This document shows, in pieces, positions 11,162 through 24,554 of a stretch of 64,000 nucleotides of DNA; within the stretch, counting starts at the first letter, position 1; each line of letters starts with the position of its first letter. A program made the translations under genes and the position numbers. Source of the stretch: Geosiphon pyriformis uo1 (Eukaryota; Fungi; Glomeromycota); NCBI GenBank assembly GCA_016748015.1, contig JAAOMT010000664.1:745820-809819 (forward strand). Direction: 5' to 3'. The notes beneath the pieces are model-generated. The model ran no database searches, was not told the DNA's origin, and worked only from the letters and a program-made list of their open reading frames with translations.

Positions 11162-12646
11162 TTAGTAAATCAAAGGGCAAAGAGTAACCTTTGGTGGATG
11201 CTTCCTTTTCCTAAAGTTAATCCTTGAGCCCAGGTCTACAACCTCAACCAAGAATTCTTCTATCTGGGCTTTATATACATCATCAGCCAATGAGTTTAGT
11301 GTCACAGGTGAAGGAAAACGAGAAATTTCAGAATTTAGAGAGAAAATCCTATCGCGATCAGATGAAAGTGCAAACGGCAATGATAAGGGCCGATCTTGGA
11401 GAGATGATTGTTTTTTCCCTTCCATAACCCTCTCAATGTCTTTATCAACGAATATCATGATTCCAGATTTTCCATTTTCTTGGGACTCTGTAACTGTCAA
11501 ATTCTTGGTAGATTTCGCAATATCTGTCTGTAAGTTAATTAAGCCAACAGGAAATGCGCCAAGTGGTCTAGAATTTTCAAGTATCTCCAACTTCAACGTA
11601 AAGTGTGGATCTTCCGGATCAATATCCAAAGAATTCAACCATTGATGAATATTTTCGATTGTTATGCCACGAGGAAATATGATTTTTAGCTCGAATTCCG
11701 ATATTTTAATCTCGAGTTGAGTTATATTTTCCAATATTTTATCCAAAATAGATATTACTGCCATTGAATGGGCATATTGTCTATTTGCTCTCTCCTTCAG
11801 GTAGTGAATTAGTGAAGGACTCTGTTGTTTGTTTTGAGGTCTATGACCTACCAAATGAGGATTTGTTGGCGTACATAATGGAGTGACAGCCGTTTGTCGT
11901 TCAACATCCCTATAGTGAGAACTTGTATTGGGTTCTGTGATAGGGAATAGATCAAAAACTAGCACGTAAACCTGAAGATTTTCATCAGAAATGTTTTCAT
12001 TCAAGATTTCTACTCCACCAGTGGCCTTAGGCAGACAGCCATTAACTGAAAATTTTGGCGACTTGTCACCCCCAACCCCCCTTGGAATTTTCAAGGACAA
12101 ACTTTGAATTTGATTTGAATAGGAATTATGCGAATTTTTTTCATGATCTGGTAGAATATTTTGTGGTGAGAAAAAATTATGATTATGTGAAATAGTTGTA
12201 AAAGGCCTACAAACAAGTTGTGCTAGCACACTTCCATTTGAAGTGGCTTGTTTTAAAGCTGATTGCGGGACAGAGCAAAACGTTCTCGGGGACCCAAAAA
12301 ATACTTTTTTGGCATTAGCAAAATTGGACCCGAAACCTGGCCTAATTGAAAAACTCCGGTTAGGATTGCAAAACCTGAGGGCATTTAATGGCACAGGAGC
12401 TGATATAGGAGAGATGACTTTGACTATCGGAAAGTTTTTGAAGAAGAATTTTCTAAGGCAGGCTTCTTGAACTTTGAAAGCTGAGGAGAGAAAATTTCTG
12501 TCGAATTGAGAGAATTGAAGTTGTTTGAAGCCAAGAGGTTTGGCCCCAACGCAGTCAATGTGAGAAGTCGGCTTGAGTTCTTTAGATCCAAAAAATTCCA
12601 AATGGGTTCGCAAGGGTGAAACCCAAGTCTTTAATTTTGAGAACAT
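11162..12646 (-). CDS. Hypothetical protein (~494 aa), function unknown
   Basis: Long uninterrupted ORF with gene-island base composition (CpG retained). Plausible ATG at 12646 (MFSKLKTWV); upstream ATGs at 12727 and 12718 are also possible. No recognised catalytic motif. Confidence 0.65.
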   Translation of the reverse strand: MFSKLKTWVSPLRTHLEFFGSKELKPTSHIDCVGAKPLGFKQLQFSQFDRNFLSSAFKVQEACLRKFFFKNFPIVKVISPISAPVPLNALRFCNPNRSFSIRPGFGSNFANAKKVFFGSPRTFCSVPQSALKQATSNGSVLAQLVCRPFTTISHNHNFFSPQNILPDHEKNSHNSYSNQIQSLSLKIPRGVGGDKSPKFSVNGCLPKATGGVEILNENISDENLQVYVLVFDLFPITEPNTSSHYRDVERQTAVTPLCTPTNPHLVGHRPQNKQQSPSLIHYLKERANRQYAHSMAVISILDKILENITQLEIKISEFELKIIFPRGITIENIHQWLNSLDIDPEDPHFTLKLEILENSRPLGAFPVGLINLQTDIAKSTKNLTVTESQENGKSGIMIFVDKDIERVMEGKKQSSLQDRPLSLPFALSSDRDRIFSLNSEISRFPSPVTLNSLADDVYKAQIEEFLVEVVDLGSRINFRKRKHPPKVTLCPLIY

Positions 12647-12779
12647 GACTTTTAGCAAGCAGGTTCCGTGGAACTTGGATATTTCGGATTTGATTTTTAA
12701 AGAAGCCCAGTTCCACATGACCACCATCGTACAAGTTAGCAATTAGTATCAAGGAGTTTTATTAAAATTAATTTTAATA

Positions 12780-13860
12780 AGTTATTTTCTAAATAGATTA
12801 AATTATTTGATACTTTTAAAAAATATTATTTTGAACAATAGTTCTTATATTCTATGAAATAATTTTTAATAACCAATCTGTTTATAATATATAACTTAAA
12901 AAATATTACAAATAATCTAATTAATTATATGTTGTAATATTAAAGATTAACAAAAACCAAACATAAATAAATACACTATTTTCAAAACAAAAATATTTTT
13001 AATTTATATAACAATTATTTTCTAAATAAAACATTTAAAATACTTTTTATATTTTTCATAATATTGGGAAAACAATTACCAAGAAAAAAAGAACTAATAA
13101 TAAAATAAATAAATATATGTTTAAATATATAATAATAGTAATATTATTATTAAAAAGTTCTGTTTTTTTTATATAAAAAACAGTTAAAACTTTATAATTT
13201 GACTTGGTAAAATTATAAAAAACATAAAATTTTTAAAAATACAACTTCAAAAATACAAATAAAAATCTTTAAATATTATATAATTAACTATTTTCAGAGT
13301 TTTAATTGTTAAAAAAACCAAAATTTTTATATAAATTCTCTTTTATTATTATATTTTCTATATAATTCTGTTTAAAAAAAATTATTAATAGTTTATATTT
13401 AGAAAAAAACTAGAAAATTATTAACATAAATATATTTAATTATTTTGTTAACTTATTTATTTATTTTTTAAAATTAAAAAAAAATTTAATATTTATAAAC
13501 AAATTATTATTAAAAACAGCATTAAAAAAACAAAATAACTAATAAAATCTGTTTTTTAATATATATATTAATTAACTATTATTTTGTAAATTTAATTATT
13601 ATTTTTAATCTAATTAAAATTTTTTTAACAAAATTATATTTTATTATAATATTACTATATAATACTAAAAAACCAAAAAATTATATAATTATATTTATTA
13701 ACAGAATTTTAAAAATATTAACAAAAATTTTTTTGACAATTAATTTTTAATTTGTATATATATTTACATGTTTTAAATTAGTTTTAATATAATATTATAC
13801 TATATAACTAATTTTTTAACTGTATTTAAACTTAATTTAAACATAAATATTTTTTTTTAT
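12780..13860. repeat. Extremely AT-rich decayed repeat DNA
   Basis: For example 3 G+C in 60 nt at 13561-13620. Part of it (about 13040-13330) aligns in inverted orientation with about 23660-24000. Confidence 0.65.
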
Positions 13861-16150
13861 TAAAGTTTAATAAATATAATTTAACCACTACTTAATACTT
13901 TGGAAAAAACTAGTTCCAAACTAAGTATAGTTCATGTACTTTTTATATATAATTAGCTATTTGAGCCAGTTTAGACTACACTATACTATTATTTTACAAG
14001 AAAACTTGTTTAAAATAGATATCTTTTAAACAATATTAAACAAAATAAGATTACTAAAAACCAATTTAACAAGCTATTTGACTGTTTTTATGAAACAAGA
14101 CTTAACTTTAAGAAATTCAAATTCCCAAAGTGTTAGTAATTCACTGAACATCTTATTACTTATTCTAATCAAAACTCCAAAATCATTAGACATATTAATA
14201 CTTTCTAAGCCATACTCTGTTTTTAATATTACTATCTTTTTTTTTTAACTTACCAACAGATTTGTTAAAAACACCCAAATGCATTAATTTTGTTTTCAAG
14301 CTTGCTGCTTAACACAAGATTACTCTTAACAAATTGTTTAAAAGTAGTTACTAATATGCCAATAGGCTTAATAATAGATTTAACCAAAGCTGACAACTTG
14401 GCCAAGTTAAATTTTAAAAACACTAGCTAAGACAAAATCAAAAAAATATCTTTAATCTTAAAAGAAAAAGCAAAAGTTACCAACAAAAAAAAGTTAAAAA
14501 AGCCCAAAAAAGCAAACACCTTAGCATAAAACTTTATATCCACAAAATATAAAGCAAATACTTTAAAAGAAAAAGGCAGAAAAACTTTATAGTCTACAAT
14601 TAGATGGCTTATTTTTTAACACCTAAAACAGCATTGACAATTAAAAGTTTTTTATTAGATATGATACTTTTTTAGTGTACTAGTTTTAATAATAGTAGTG
14701 TTCAAATTAATTTGAGATCCAAATATAACCAAAGCAAACCAAAAATAACAACCAGAATCAGAAAAACAAGGAATAAAACATGTCTAATTACCAACTTAAA
14801 AAATTATATTATTAATTTCAAATACAGTACAACCAGAAAAAAGATTGACCAATTTGGTTTTAAATCTATTATAAAATAAAATAGTCTCATTTTAAATTAC
14901 CAAGAGAAAAATTTTAATACTATTCTTACTTATTAAAATTAATCAATAATTTAAAGCAGACACAACAGAATCTAGTTCAATAAAGTAAACAATTACATAT
15001 TGCCAAATGCCAACAGGTTTTAGCATAACATAAGCAACTTTATTAAACATACTAAAAGCTGTTTTAATATTAATAACAAATATATTCAAAGATATATTAT
15101 ACAATATAACAGCAGTAAAAAGAGAATTAGTCTCAGAAACTACCAAAAACTTGGCAATTTTAAGAGTAGTTAAGTGAATAAAGCTTGTAAGCTTAATCAG
15201 AAAAACAGCTTCCAAAGACTTTTGAAAAGCAAACTCCATACAAAAAAGCTTTATATTATCTTTTGATACTGGTTTTGCATCCAAGAAACTATGTACAGAC
15301 TGAAAAATAGTCTTAATATAAGCCAATTTGATTTTAAAAGTAACACCAGACACTAGAGTAAAGGCCATTTATTCAGCAAATTTTTGACAATTAACAATAG
15401 TTTTCTAAATACCACCAGTGACAATACCAAAAACCAGAGAAAAAATTAAATTAGTTTTCATCTGATTAGTTCAGTTCTTAAAAACAAGTAATCTAACAAA
15501 AAACTGTTGTTTTGCTTTTAAACTATAATAATCTGCTAGAAAAGACCACATTTGGCAATACAATTAGTGATTAATCTTGGCCCATCTTAGATAACATGTC
15601 AAATAATACAACAGAGATTTTATCAAAAACCACAAAAAAATTCGATGTAACAATAACAAAGATGAACAACTGTCTCCACTTTTCTGAACTTTTGGTTTTT
15701 TTGACCATTTTTTTTAAAGAAAAGATGCTAATAGCACCTGATGTAGAAACTATAGAAAAAAAACTAGATTGTTAACTAATTTGTTATTAAAAACTTTTGG
15801 GCTCTTTAAAAAAATAGAAACAATATTAAAACTAATTCAAGTGTGTTTTTTTGAAGAGATTTTGACTGGTAAAAAACCAGCCAAAGATAAAAAAGATGCT
15901 TTAAAGGCCATTAAAAACAGTTTTTTATTATAAATATTTAAAAAAAAAGCTTTTAAAATGTTTTGTCTAGTAGTTTTTACAACAAAAAAAGCTTTTTTGG
16001 TTGAAATTTTATTAAATATCTTAAGAAAAATATCAAGTAAAGCTTTTTTACTCTTTGCTTTAATCATAGTTATAAAACTATAAATATATATTGAATAATT
16101 TTTTAAAATTTTGAAAAAGTAAAAATTTCTTTTTTTAAAGTTTTTTTTTT
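13850..16150 (-). mobile_element. Decayed ORF1-only LINE derivative (RRM + Zn-knuckle ORF1 followed directly by the LINE 3' tail)
   Basis: ORF fragments 15837-16067 and 14943-15368 (IKTIFQSVHSFLDA..KTAFSMFNKV..PVGIWQYVIVYF) resemble LINE ORF1 at 25219-25632 (LKRIFYCVNGFRGA..ESVFSKFDKI..LIGLWQKTLVEF). Tail at 13860-13990 matches 48047-48175. No APE/RT lies between them. Confidence 0.65.
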
Positions 16151-16199
16151 TATTACTAATAAATTAATATTTAAAACAAAAGATTTTACAAACTTAAAT

Positions 16200-18360
16200 T
16201 CAATGACTATAGACTGTAATTTAGTTATATGTTAATATGTGTGTATAAAAAATAGGACAAAATGCTAAAAAAAAAGTTAAAACTCAAGGCCAATCTATCT
16301 AAGAATTTTTTCAACAAAGCTATTTCTTATTCCAAGTTGTATAATTTTAAAATATTTAATTAGATGCAAACCAAAAATTTACTGGCTAATTTAATAACCT
16401 ATGTTAATTTAAAAAACATTCTTGGCAATTTATTTAAACATAAGACTATAAATCTATGAATTATCAATTAAATGTTTTGGCAATCTCTTAGTTTTTCAAT
16501 CACACTATCAATTACTCTTATAAATTGTTTTTTGGCAGACATAACAAACACTCTGATATTATGTGATTTGTCTTTAAGTAATAACATACTTAATGTCTTT
16601 TAGGCCAGTAATGATATTAATGTTGTAGATGTTTTAGGACTAAAACAATATATAAAAATAGTAAGTTTGCTTAAGAGATTTGGTATTGTTTTTATGAATT
16701 AGCTTTTAGACTATTACAGTATATGTTTTACATAGAATACATTTTGCAAATAGAAAAAACTAGATCTTAAAGATCTGATTTCTAAGTGGTTCAATTTGTT
16801 AGCCAAATTTATTAAGAATGATAATCTGAATGGCAATTATACTTTGACATATTGTCCTATTTTCAATAGCTGCTTATATAATGTTGGCTTTGTTAAGAAG
16901 TGTTTTATAAAAAAAAGGTTAATAAAATAGTTATTTATATGGATAAATTAGTCAAGAATTTAAGATCTATAAATACTTATGATAGTACTGCTGTTTATTT
17001 TTCAGATATTAATGTGAGTATAGAAATTAAAGTATATGGCTTACTTTTTTCAACTCTTATAGAATTGCAGATTATTACTTTAGTATTAAACTGTATTTCT
17101 ATATTCAATTTAGTAGTATTGTTTATAGACAATTAAGCATTATTAGATATGTGTATTCTGACTACAAAAAATATTAAACCAGACTTTTGCAATAAATATT
17201 GAATAAAAAAATAGTATATTTATCAAATTATTGTGTCTAAAAATCTGTTAATTAATTAGAACAAAATTAAAAGTTATTCTGATGTTGTTAACAATGAGTA
17301 TGCAGATTTTTTTGTTGATATCACCACCATATATAATTTTATATTGCCTATTAAGGTATTACACTGTTTTTTTGTCATAAAAAGCAAATTTGTTTTCAAA
17401 AATACCTATTACTTTCTTAGAAATTTGTTTGAGGCCATTAGTTTTATTGGTTAGAAATTCAAGTATGTAAATAGCATTGTAAATAAATCTCTTTGTAACT
17501 TTTTTAATATGCATTAAACTTTTAGTGTATGACATTTTAATAGTCAAATCCAATCTGGTTTTACAAGTTTCGCTTTTGTAATATTGTGTTTTTATTTTAT
17601 GAAAGTCTTATATTATTGACTATCTATAGCCAAAAGAAAAAGATCATACAATCTGAGTTATCCTAGTGTGTTATATATTTGGTGTGGGCTAATAGAAAAC
17701 TCAAATTATACTTTTTTATGTATATATAATGATTATACCAGGAAATATTTGATTTCAGATATTATTAAAAAATGGACTGGTCTACTGAATACTTATACTG
17801 CTAATTATATAATAATTTATTCTTTTTATGAAGTTGAATTTTCTAATTATTTGTACATATTGTTAACTAAAAATTTTGTGATAAAAGATTGAATAACTAA
17901 TATAACAAATTTGTTAGATAATAAATTAAGTAATAGTTTGTTAGTTATTAACTTAATCCAGCATTTTGCTAAGAGTTACAGATCTGTTATATGGCTTTTA
18001 ACAGCCAAATTGAGAATACATTATAAAAAAAATGATTTATTGTTATGTAACAAATTTGTAATTTCTGTTATAATTAAATTAGTGTTTATGTGGTTCTGAA
18101 AAATAATTTACAATTTTGGCATTAAGTTAAATGTTCATGTCTGCTTTAGTTTATATTCTTATTTAACTAGTATATATTTTAATTTCTTGTACAAATTTTC
18201 TGTAGTGGATTATTTAAGTATATAGTACTATCTTAATTAATTTGAATAACTAATTACATGTAGAAAAAGCATAAGTTATATTTAATATAGAATTTTGTTT
18301 AATTATATGGTTTTAGATAGTGGTTGGACTGTATTTGTTAAAATTTAATAAAAAAAAAAC
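16200..18360 (+). mobile_element. Heavily decayed 5'-truncated LINE (post-RT region, RNase H, C-terminal CCHC, 3' tail, poly-A)
   Basis: Colinear with 45952-48175 and 50900-52900. RNase H remnant VIYMDKLV..STLIELQIITLVLNC; CCHC remnant near 17670-17730; tail at 18225-18350 followed by an A-run. Confidence 0.75.
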
Positions 18361-19737
18361 TCAATTTTTTTTTGTGCAAAAAATAAAAAAATAAAAACAT
18401 TATTATTATTGTTTTTAATATTATAAAAATCAGACTGTTTAATTGGCTTTTTAATAGAAAAAACTTGATTTAAGTATTTTGTAAAATCATATTGTATAAA
18501 GTATTAAAAATATTTTTATATTTATTTAAAATAAAATTGGTTTTTTTATCATAAATTTTTTTTATGTTTTTAATATTTAACTTTTTATTAATATTATTAT
18601 AAAAACTTTTTATTTTACTGTTTTAAGATACAAACTTTTTAAAAGTATATCAAATTTATTTTTTTTATATCTAAATTACCAATAAATATTTTTAATACAA
18701 ACATATTAATATTAAACTTTTTGGCTTTTTTGTTTAATATAATTTATTATGTTTTTTTTAATATTAGAACAAATTTTTCTTTTATTTTTTTTGGTTATGT
18801 TTATAACAAATATACTTGTCATGTTTTTAAACAAAAATATATTGAAAATTTTAGCTTAAAAAAAAACTAAATATGAAAAAATGTAATAAAATATTTTTTT
18901 GGCTTCTTTTTGCTCTTTTTATGGTCTGAAAATTAATAAAAAAAATTTTTTTTAACAATCTTTATTATAACAAATTTAATTATTAAATTTTTTTATTAAA
19001 ATAAGTTAATTATAAATATATTAAAATTTAAGATAATTTAAATTAAAATTAAAATATTATTAAATCGGTTAAAAATCTAAATTTAATAATAATTACAAAA
19101 TTTGTATTGTATTATTTAAATATTATTGTTAAAATGAATTTACAATTAATTTTAAATTTTATAATATTGTGATTTTAGAAATTGGTTTGTTTACAATTGT
19201 CACAAATTTTTACAATTGTTTTAATTGCTATAGGTTATTTTTAATTTTAATTGATTTTCTTTAAAATATAAACACAAAAATTTATCATACTTTTATTGTA
19301 CAAAATTTAAAAATGACAGAAAATTTTGTTTTTATTCAAACTACATAAATTAACACAATTTTAATGTTAATCAATACTTTGTTACTACATGATAATATAA
19401 AATATATATTATTAAATTTACTGCTGTAAATTATATCAAGCGTTTCTAAAGACGACGACAATGGCGACTTCCCAATTAAATTTAACAATTTTACCAATCT
19501 GCATTAATCCGAAAATCATGCATTTACGAGTAAATCCAAAGGTTGTACTGATGATCACGTGCATTAATAAATATGCAAACCGAAGATTATAATATAATCT
19601 TAATAAGTCTAAGTGACTATGTTTCATTATGTTGTATTTTATGATTGATTGATATCATCAGGCTGAGTTATTTTCTACAATTTCTTAATTTAGTAGAGCA
19701 ACCAATCCAAAAAAATAGTTAAAACGTTAAATATTAT

Positions 19738-21201
19738 TTATGCCTTAAACCACCTCTCAAGGCATGAATGCCGATGGTTATCTATATATATATAATTGGC
19801 GAATATTAGAACTTAGTCAAAAATTGACATCCCTTTCATTAAATCAGCTTACCGACACTGTTAACGGGATTGCAATGGCATTTCCCATTTTCATGAAACT
19901 TTTTACGATCATCTGGACAATGTTCGAGTAGATTATGCTTATATGCTATATCATTAAAGAAATGTATCTCCGATTTCTGCAGGAAAAGAGCAAGCGCGAT
20001 CGAATGCACTGGTGCATCTCCCCATCTTCAAGAAATTTTAGGATTTAAAGAGCAAAAGTTTACTATGAATAAAAGCACCTTTAATGGATGTTAAGTTTAA
20101 TACCTTTCATAAAAATAGCCTCCTTTCTTGTCAAGATATTCAAAGAATTTGATATATCTCTCGCTCCTCCAAAAATTCAAATTTCCAATTTCAAAATTGC
20201 TCCAAAAATGACACCTTAGATATCAAAAGTTTGTTGAGACATCAATACAAATTAGGAAAACTTAAAACAATAAATCTTACAGGTTGTAATCGCCATTATT
20301 GTCAATTATGAAATTAGCAACATTTTTGGGAGTCAAGTATTGTGGATACTCTTGCATGAAGCCTCTGACGGACTGCCACAAAGTAGGTATTGTATTATTG
20401 AATTCATAAAAGGTTATAGTAAATCCATATGCCAAATTGTTATTTTCCATAAATAAGAAAGGATCATAATCAATATCGCAGGCGAATTCTACGGACGGTT
20501 CCAACCGCCAATACCAGTCGTATGGGTCGAGAAGTGGATGTCGGAAGAAGAATCCTGAATTGAAACGGCACATGTGTCGATATGTCAACGAATCACCGTA
20601 AATTACGCCTGACTTTTCCATTCTATTTTGACATTCTTCAGCTTTTGTCTGGTTTATCCAAGAAGGGTAACTCCACATTTCTTTGGGGATTAACCCTAAC
20701 CAAGTAAGATTTCAGAGGAATTAGTTCAATAAATAAAGTAATGGGCCGCTTCTCCTGCTACTAATTGTGAAACCTACCATAATAAGTTTCGGACTTTGTG
20801 CTATTAGATATTAATTCTTTAAATTCCTCGGTGAAATCTTTATCATTGAGAAACACATATGGATAATGAAACTTTTTATTCCATCTATCTTCCAATTGTC
20901 GCATTGTAGCCCTTAATTCATACACCTCAATGTTCCTGACTAGAACTACTATCGCGGCATTTACACGTGTACTGTTATTACTCTCCCGCAAAAGCAGAGA
21001 CTGGTCGGCCATCGGGTCTATGTACTCTGTTTCGAAAAAGACATCCCGCGAAGATTTAAATAGTGAGAAGTTCAAGAAATTTACTAGTCCGAAAAGTGTT
21101 AAGCATGACACAAGGCAGATTAGGAATAGAGTCCGGAAAAAAGGTAATTTCAATCTTGATTTTCTTAGTTTTTGAATGCCAAAAGCTTTAATAGTGGACA
21201 T
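19738..21201 (-). CDS. Glycosyltransferase family 15 alpha-1,2-mannosyltransferase (KRE2/MNT1/KTR-like); exons 21201-20778, 20695-20281, 20214-20104, 20025-19853, 19781-19738
   Basis: Type II N-terminal TM helix. Motifs [74 protein letters not shown] introns keep frame to TAA at 19740-19738. Confidence 0.95.
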
Positions 21202-21380
21202 AATCTTTTTAAAAGAGACAGACGGAAATGCAAGAATTTATAATTATATGGCATTTATCTAAACTTGTATTTTTTTATACAAGTCTGAGTGATATTTACA
21301 ATAACCACTATTTTTCCGTTATACTTTTACATCTAACGCGTCCAATTTTAAATAGCATGTGATCCAGCCATTGTATTATC

Positions 21381-21408
21381 TATTTATTTATTTATTTATT
21401 TATTTATT
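21381..21408 (+). repeat. (TATT)n microsatellite
   Basis: Direct read tatttatttatttatttatttatttatt. Confidence 0.8.
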
Positions 21409-22649
21409 TTTTATTGGATTAACTAAGTGTAGATGTAGCTCAATATTAGATTCTATAAATAAACCTTTTGCATCCATTTTACCAATTATGTAATTTAGAT
21501 TTAAACTATTTTTTACAACCATATTCTTGTCATCTTTTTATAATTTCTTATATTTTGGTTTTGAAGTTTTTACCAAAACCACAAACAAGTCAGCAAAAAT
21601 TCTTATTCAATGAAAAAGTAAAATACTTGTTTATTTTATTACTTAAAAATAAGTTATTAAATCTTTTTGTTTGGAGATAATATAATAAAAATAATAATTT
21701 TTAACATTAAATCTATTGTATTGAATTGTGTTTTTAAATTAAATTAAAGTTTAATTAAATATTTATGTTTTCAAATTATGTTTTTATAAATAAAATTTAC
21801 TATTAATTTTGTATTTGCTTTTTGAATTGTTTTGGGTTTTGGTTATTTTATAAAATAATTAATTATTATTACAATATAGTAATTTTTTTTGATTATAATA
21901 ATAAAGATTTAATTAAATTAACTTTTTTATTTTATTAAATAGTTGTTTAATTTTAATTAATATTAAGAATTTTGTTGACTTTGTTTTTTTTTTAAATAAT
22001 TATTACAAATTTTAATATATTATTTAATGTTTTTTTGTATTTAAGATTAAAAATAAAATTATAAAACTTTTTAAATAATATTATTTTATTTAAAATAATT
22101 TAATAAAAAATTTAAATACATTGTTACAAATAAACTTAGTAGATAGTATTGTAATATTTAGTGCTTGTAATTTAGAAATAAAAACTAATTATAAAGCAAA
22201 AATTAAAAATTAAAAATTTTGTAATTATATCTGGTTTTTTATAAAGTTGATTAATTAATCTTTGAAAATTTCTGTTGTATAAAGTTTTATTATGAAGTTT
22301 TTTAGTTATAAAACACAAAGATATTATTTTTTTTATGTATTATTGTAGTTTTATCTTATACTAATTAATTATAATTGTTAAAATTTAGTAATATCCTTTT
22401 ATTTTTTTAATAAACTAACAAAATAATATTAATATTTAATATTAAAAAGAAGCTTTTTTTTTACCAAGCTATTATAAAATTTAATTTCAAAACAATTAAT
22501 TTTTAATATTATTGTAATTAAACTTGTTTTATTTTTTGCTTATTTAATTTTGATTATTATTTCTAATTTGCTTTAGTTATATTTAATTTATAGAGTAATT
22601 TTAATGCTGCTATTATTTGAACTAATACTTTAAAAAAATTTTATATTTA

Positions 22650-23470
22650 ATAAAAATTTTTTAAATTTTAATGATGTTTTAAATATTAAGACTTAAATCA
22701 TTTAGCTGCTAATTATAAAATGTTTTTACCTCTTTTTTCTAAAACTCTTAAGGCTTTTGTGCCTTATTTTATTAGTATCAAGTCTTATATTAAGATTGTT
22801 GTTCTTATACCTCTTTTAGTTTTTAGTTCTTTAGTTGGTTTTGCTTTTTTTGCTAATATAATAGTTAATATTTTTGTGGTTTTTTTTTAGTTAGCTTTTT
22901 TAAAGTTTAATTTGACCAAGTTTTTTGCTTTGCTTAAGTTTATTATTAAGCCAATTGGTTTTTTAGTTATTATATTTAAACAATTTATCAATGGTAATTT
23001 AGTTTTAAGTAGTGTATTTAGTCTTAAAATCAATAAGATTTTAATACATATAGGTATTTTTAATAAAGCAATTGATAAGTTAAAGCAGAAGTTAATTGCT
23101 TTAAAAATCAAATATAATTATAAAGATATTGATATGTTTGGTTTTTATGTAAATTTTTTTGTAATTAATAATAATATGTTTTCTAACTTAATATTACTAT
23201 GGAAACATAAATTTATTAGTATTAAGACTAATATTTTAAAAACAGTTAAATAGTTAATTAGATTGATTAGTAATAGTACTATATTGTTTGAGATTGTTTA
23301 AAAAATATTTTTTTTAAGTAAGTTTTTTTTTAAAATATCAATATAGTATAGTTTGAATTAATTTGAATAGTTGGTTATATATAAAAGTATATAAACTATA
23401 TTTAGCCTTAAAACACTTAATTTGTTTCTAATTTCTAAATAATAGTTAAATCATACTTGTTAAATACATA
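22650..23470 (+). mobile_element. Second decayed copy (3' part) of the ORF1-only LINE derivative
   Basis: tttaatttgaccaagttttttgctttgcttaagtttattattaagccaattgg (22906-22958) matches the reverse complement of about 14362-14415. It is followed by the same tail at 23341-23465. Confidence 0.7.
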
Positions 23471-24554
23471 ATAAAAAATAAATAATTTTAAAAAACAATA
23501 ACAAAATAATAATATTAATAACTAATATATATAATTAACTATGATAAAGTTTTAATATAATAATATTTTTTTTTAAAATTAAGTTCTAATAAAATAAAAC
23601 TATTTTAATAAAATATATAATAATTATAACAATATTAATTTTGATTTAAAAAACTAAATTTTTTTATAAGTATTTTGGCTTTTTTTTACAATTATTAAAA
23701 TTTTAAAATTTTTAAATATATAATATTTAAAATTTTTACATAAATTTTTGAAGTTGTTTTTTAAAAGCTTTATATTTTTTATAATTTTATTAACATTTAA
23801 ATTGTTTTTTATATAACAAATTTTTATTAATAAATAAAAATTTTTATTATTTTTTAAATATGTTAAAAAAAAGCATTTTAATAATTATATATTTGAATAT
23901 ATATTTTTCTATTTTATTGCTAATTTTTTGTCTTTTTATAATAGTTTTTTGTAAATTAATAAAATTTGTAATATATTTTAAGTTTTTTTACTAATAATTA
24001 AAAAACTTTTTTATTTAAGAATAATTTTTAAAAGCATTTATATTTATATATTTTTTTATATATAAAATTAATAAATAAAATAACTATTTAATTAAATATT
24101 GTTTTGGCTTTTATTTATTTTATTAAGTAATTTATTATTGTTATTATATATTGGTTTTTATTAAAAATATTAATTAAAAAATCAATAATATTGATTTTAA
24201 TTCTATTAAAAATTTAATTAACAAAATTAAATAACTTTTTAGATAGTTAAAAAATTTTTAAAATTAGTTCTAATAAATTAAATGTTTTTTTAAATGTTTT
24301 TTTTGTTGTTAATTATATTTTAATAGATATTGTCTTTTATTTAAAAATTTAATAAATATTAAATTATTTTTTAAGTTTAATTTAAAATATTTTAATAAAT
24401 AATAATTTAATTAATTGTATTAATATATTTTTTATTAAATAATTAATTATATTATAATCAAATTTTTTAGTAATAATCTAATTTTTTAGCTTAATAAATA
24501 ATTTTATTTCTATAAATAATAATATTTCTTTTAATTTTAAAAACTTTTTCTTTT

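Noticed and set aside
12780-13850. Mitochondrial insertion or Mollicutes-like endobacterial DNA
   Set aside because: No recognisable ORFs, tRNA or rRNA; it grades into decayed retroelement sequence.
19436-19627. 63-aa ORF downstream of the GT15 gene
   Set aside because: Short and motif-free; more likely 3' UTR or intergenic sequence.
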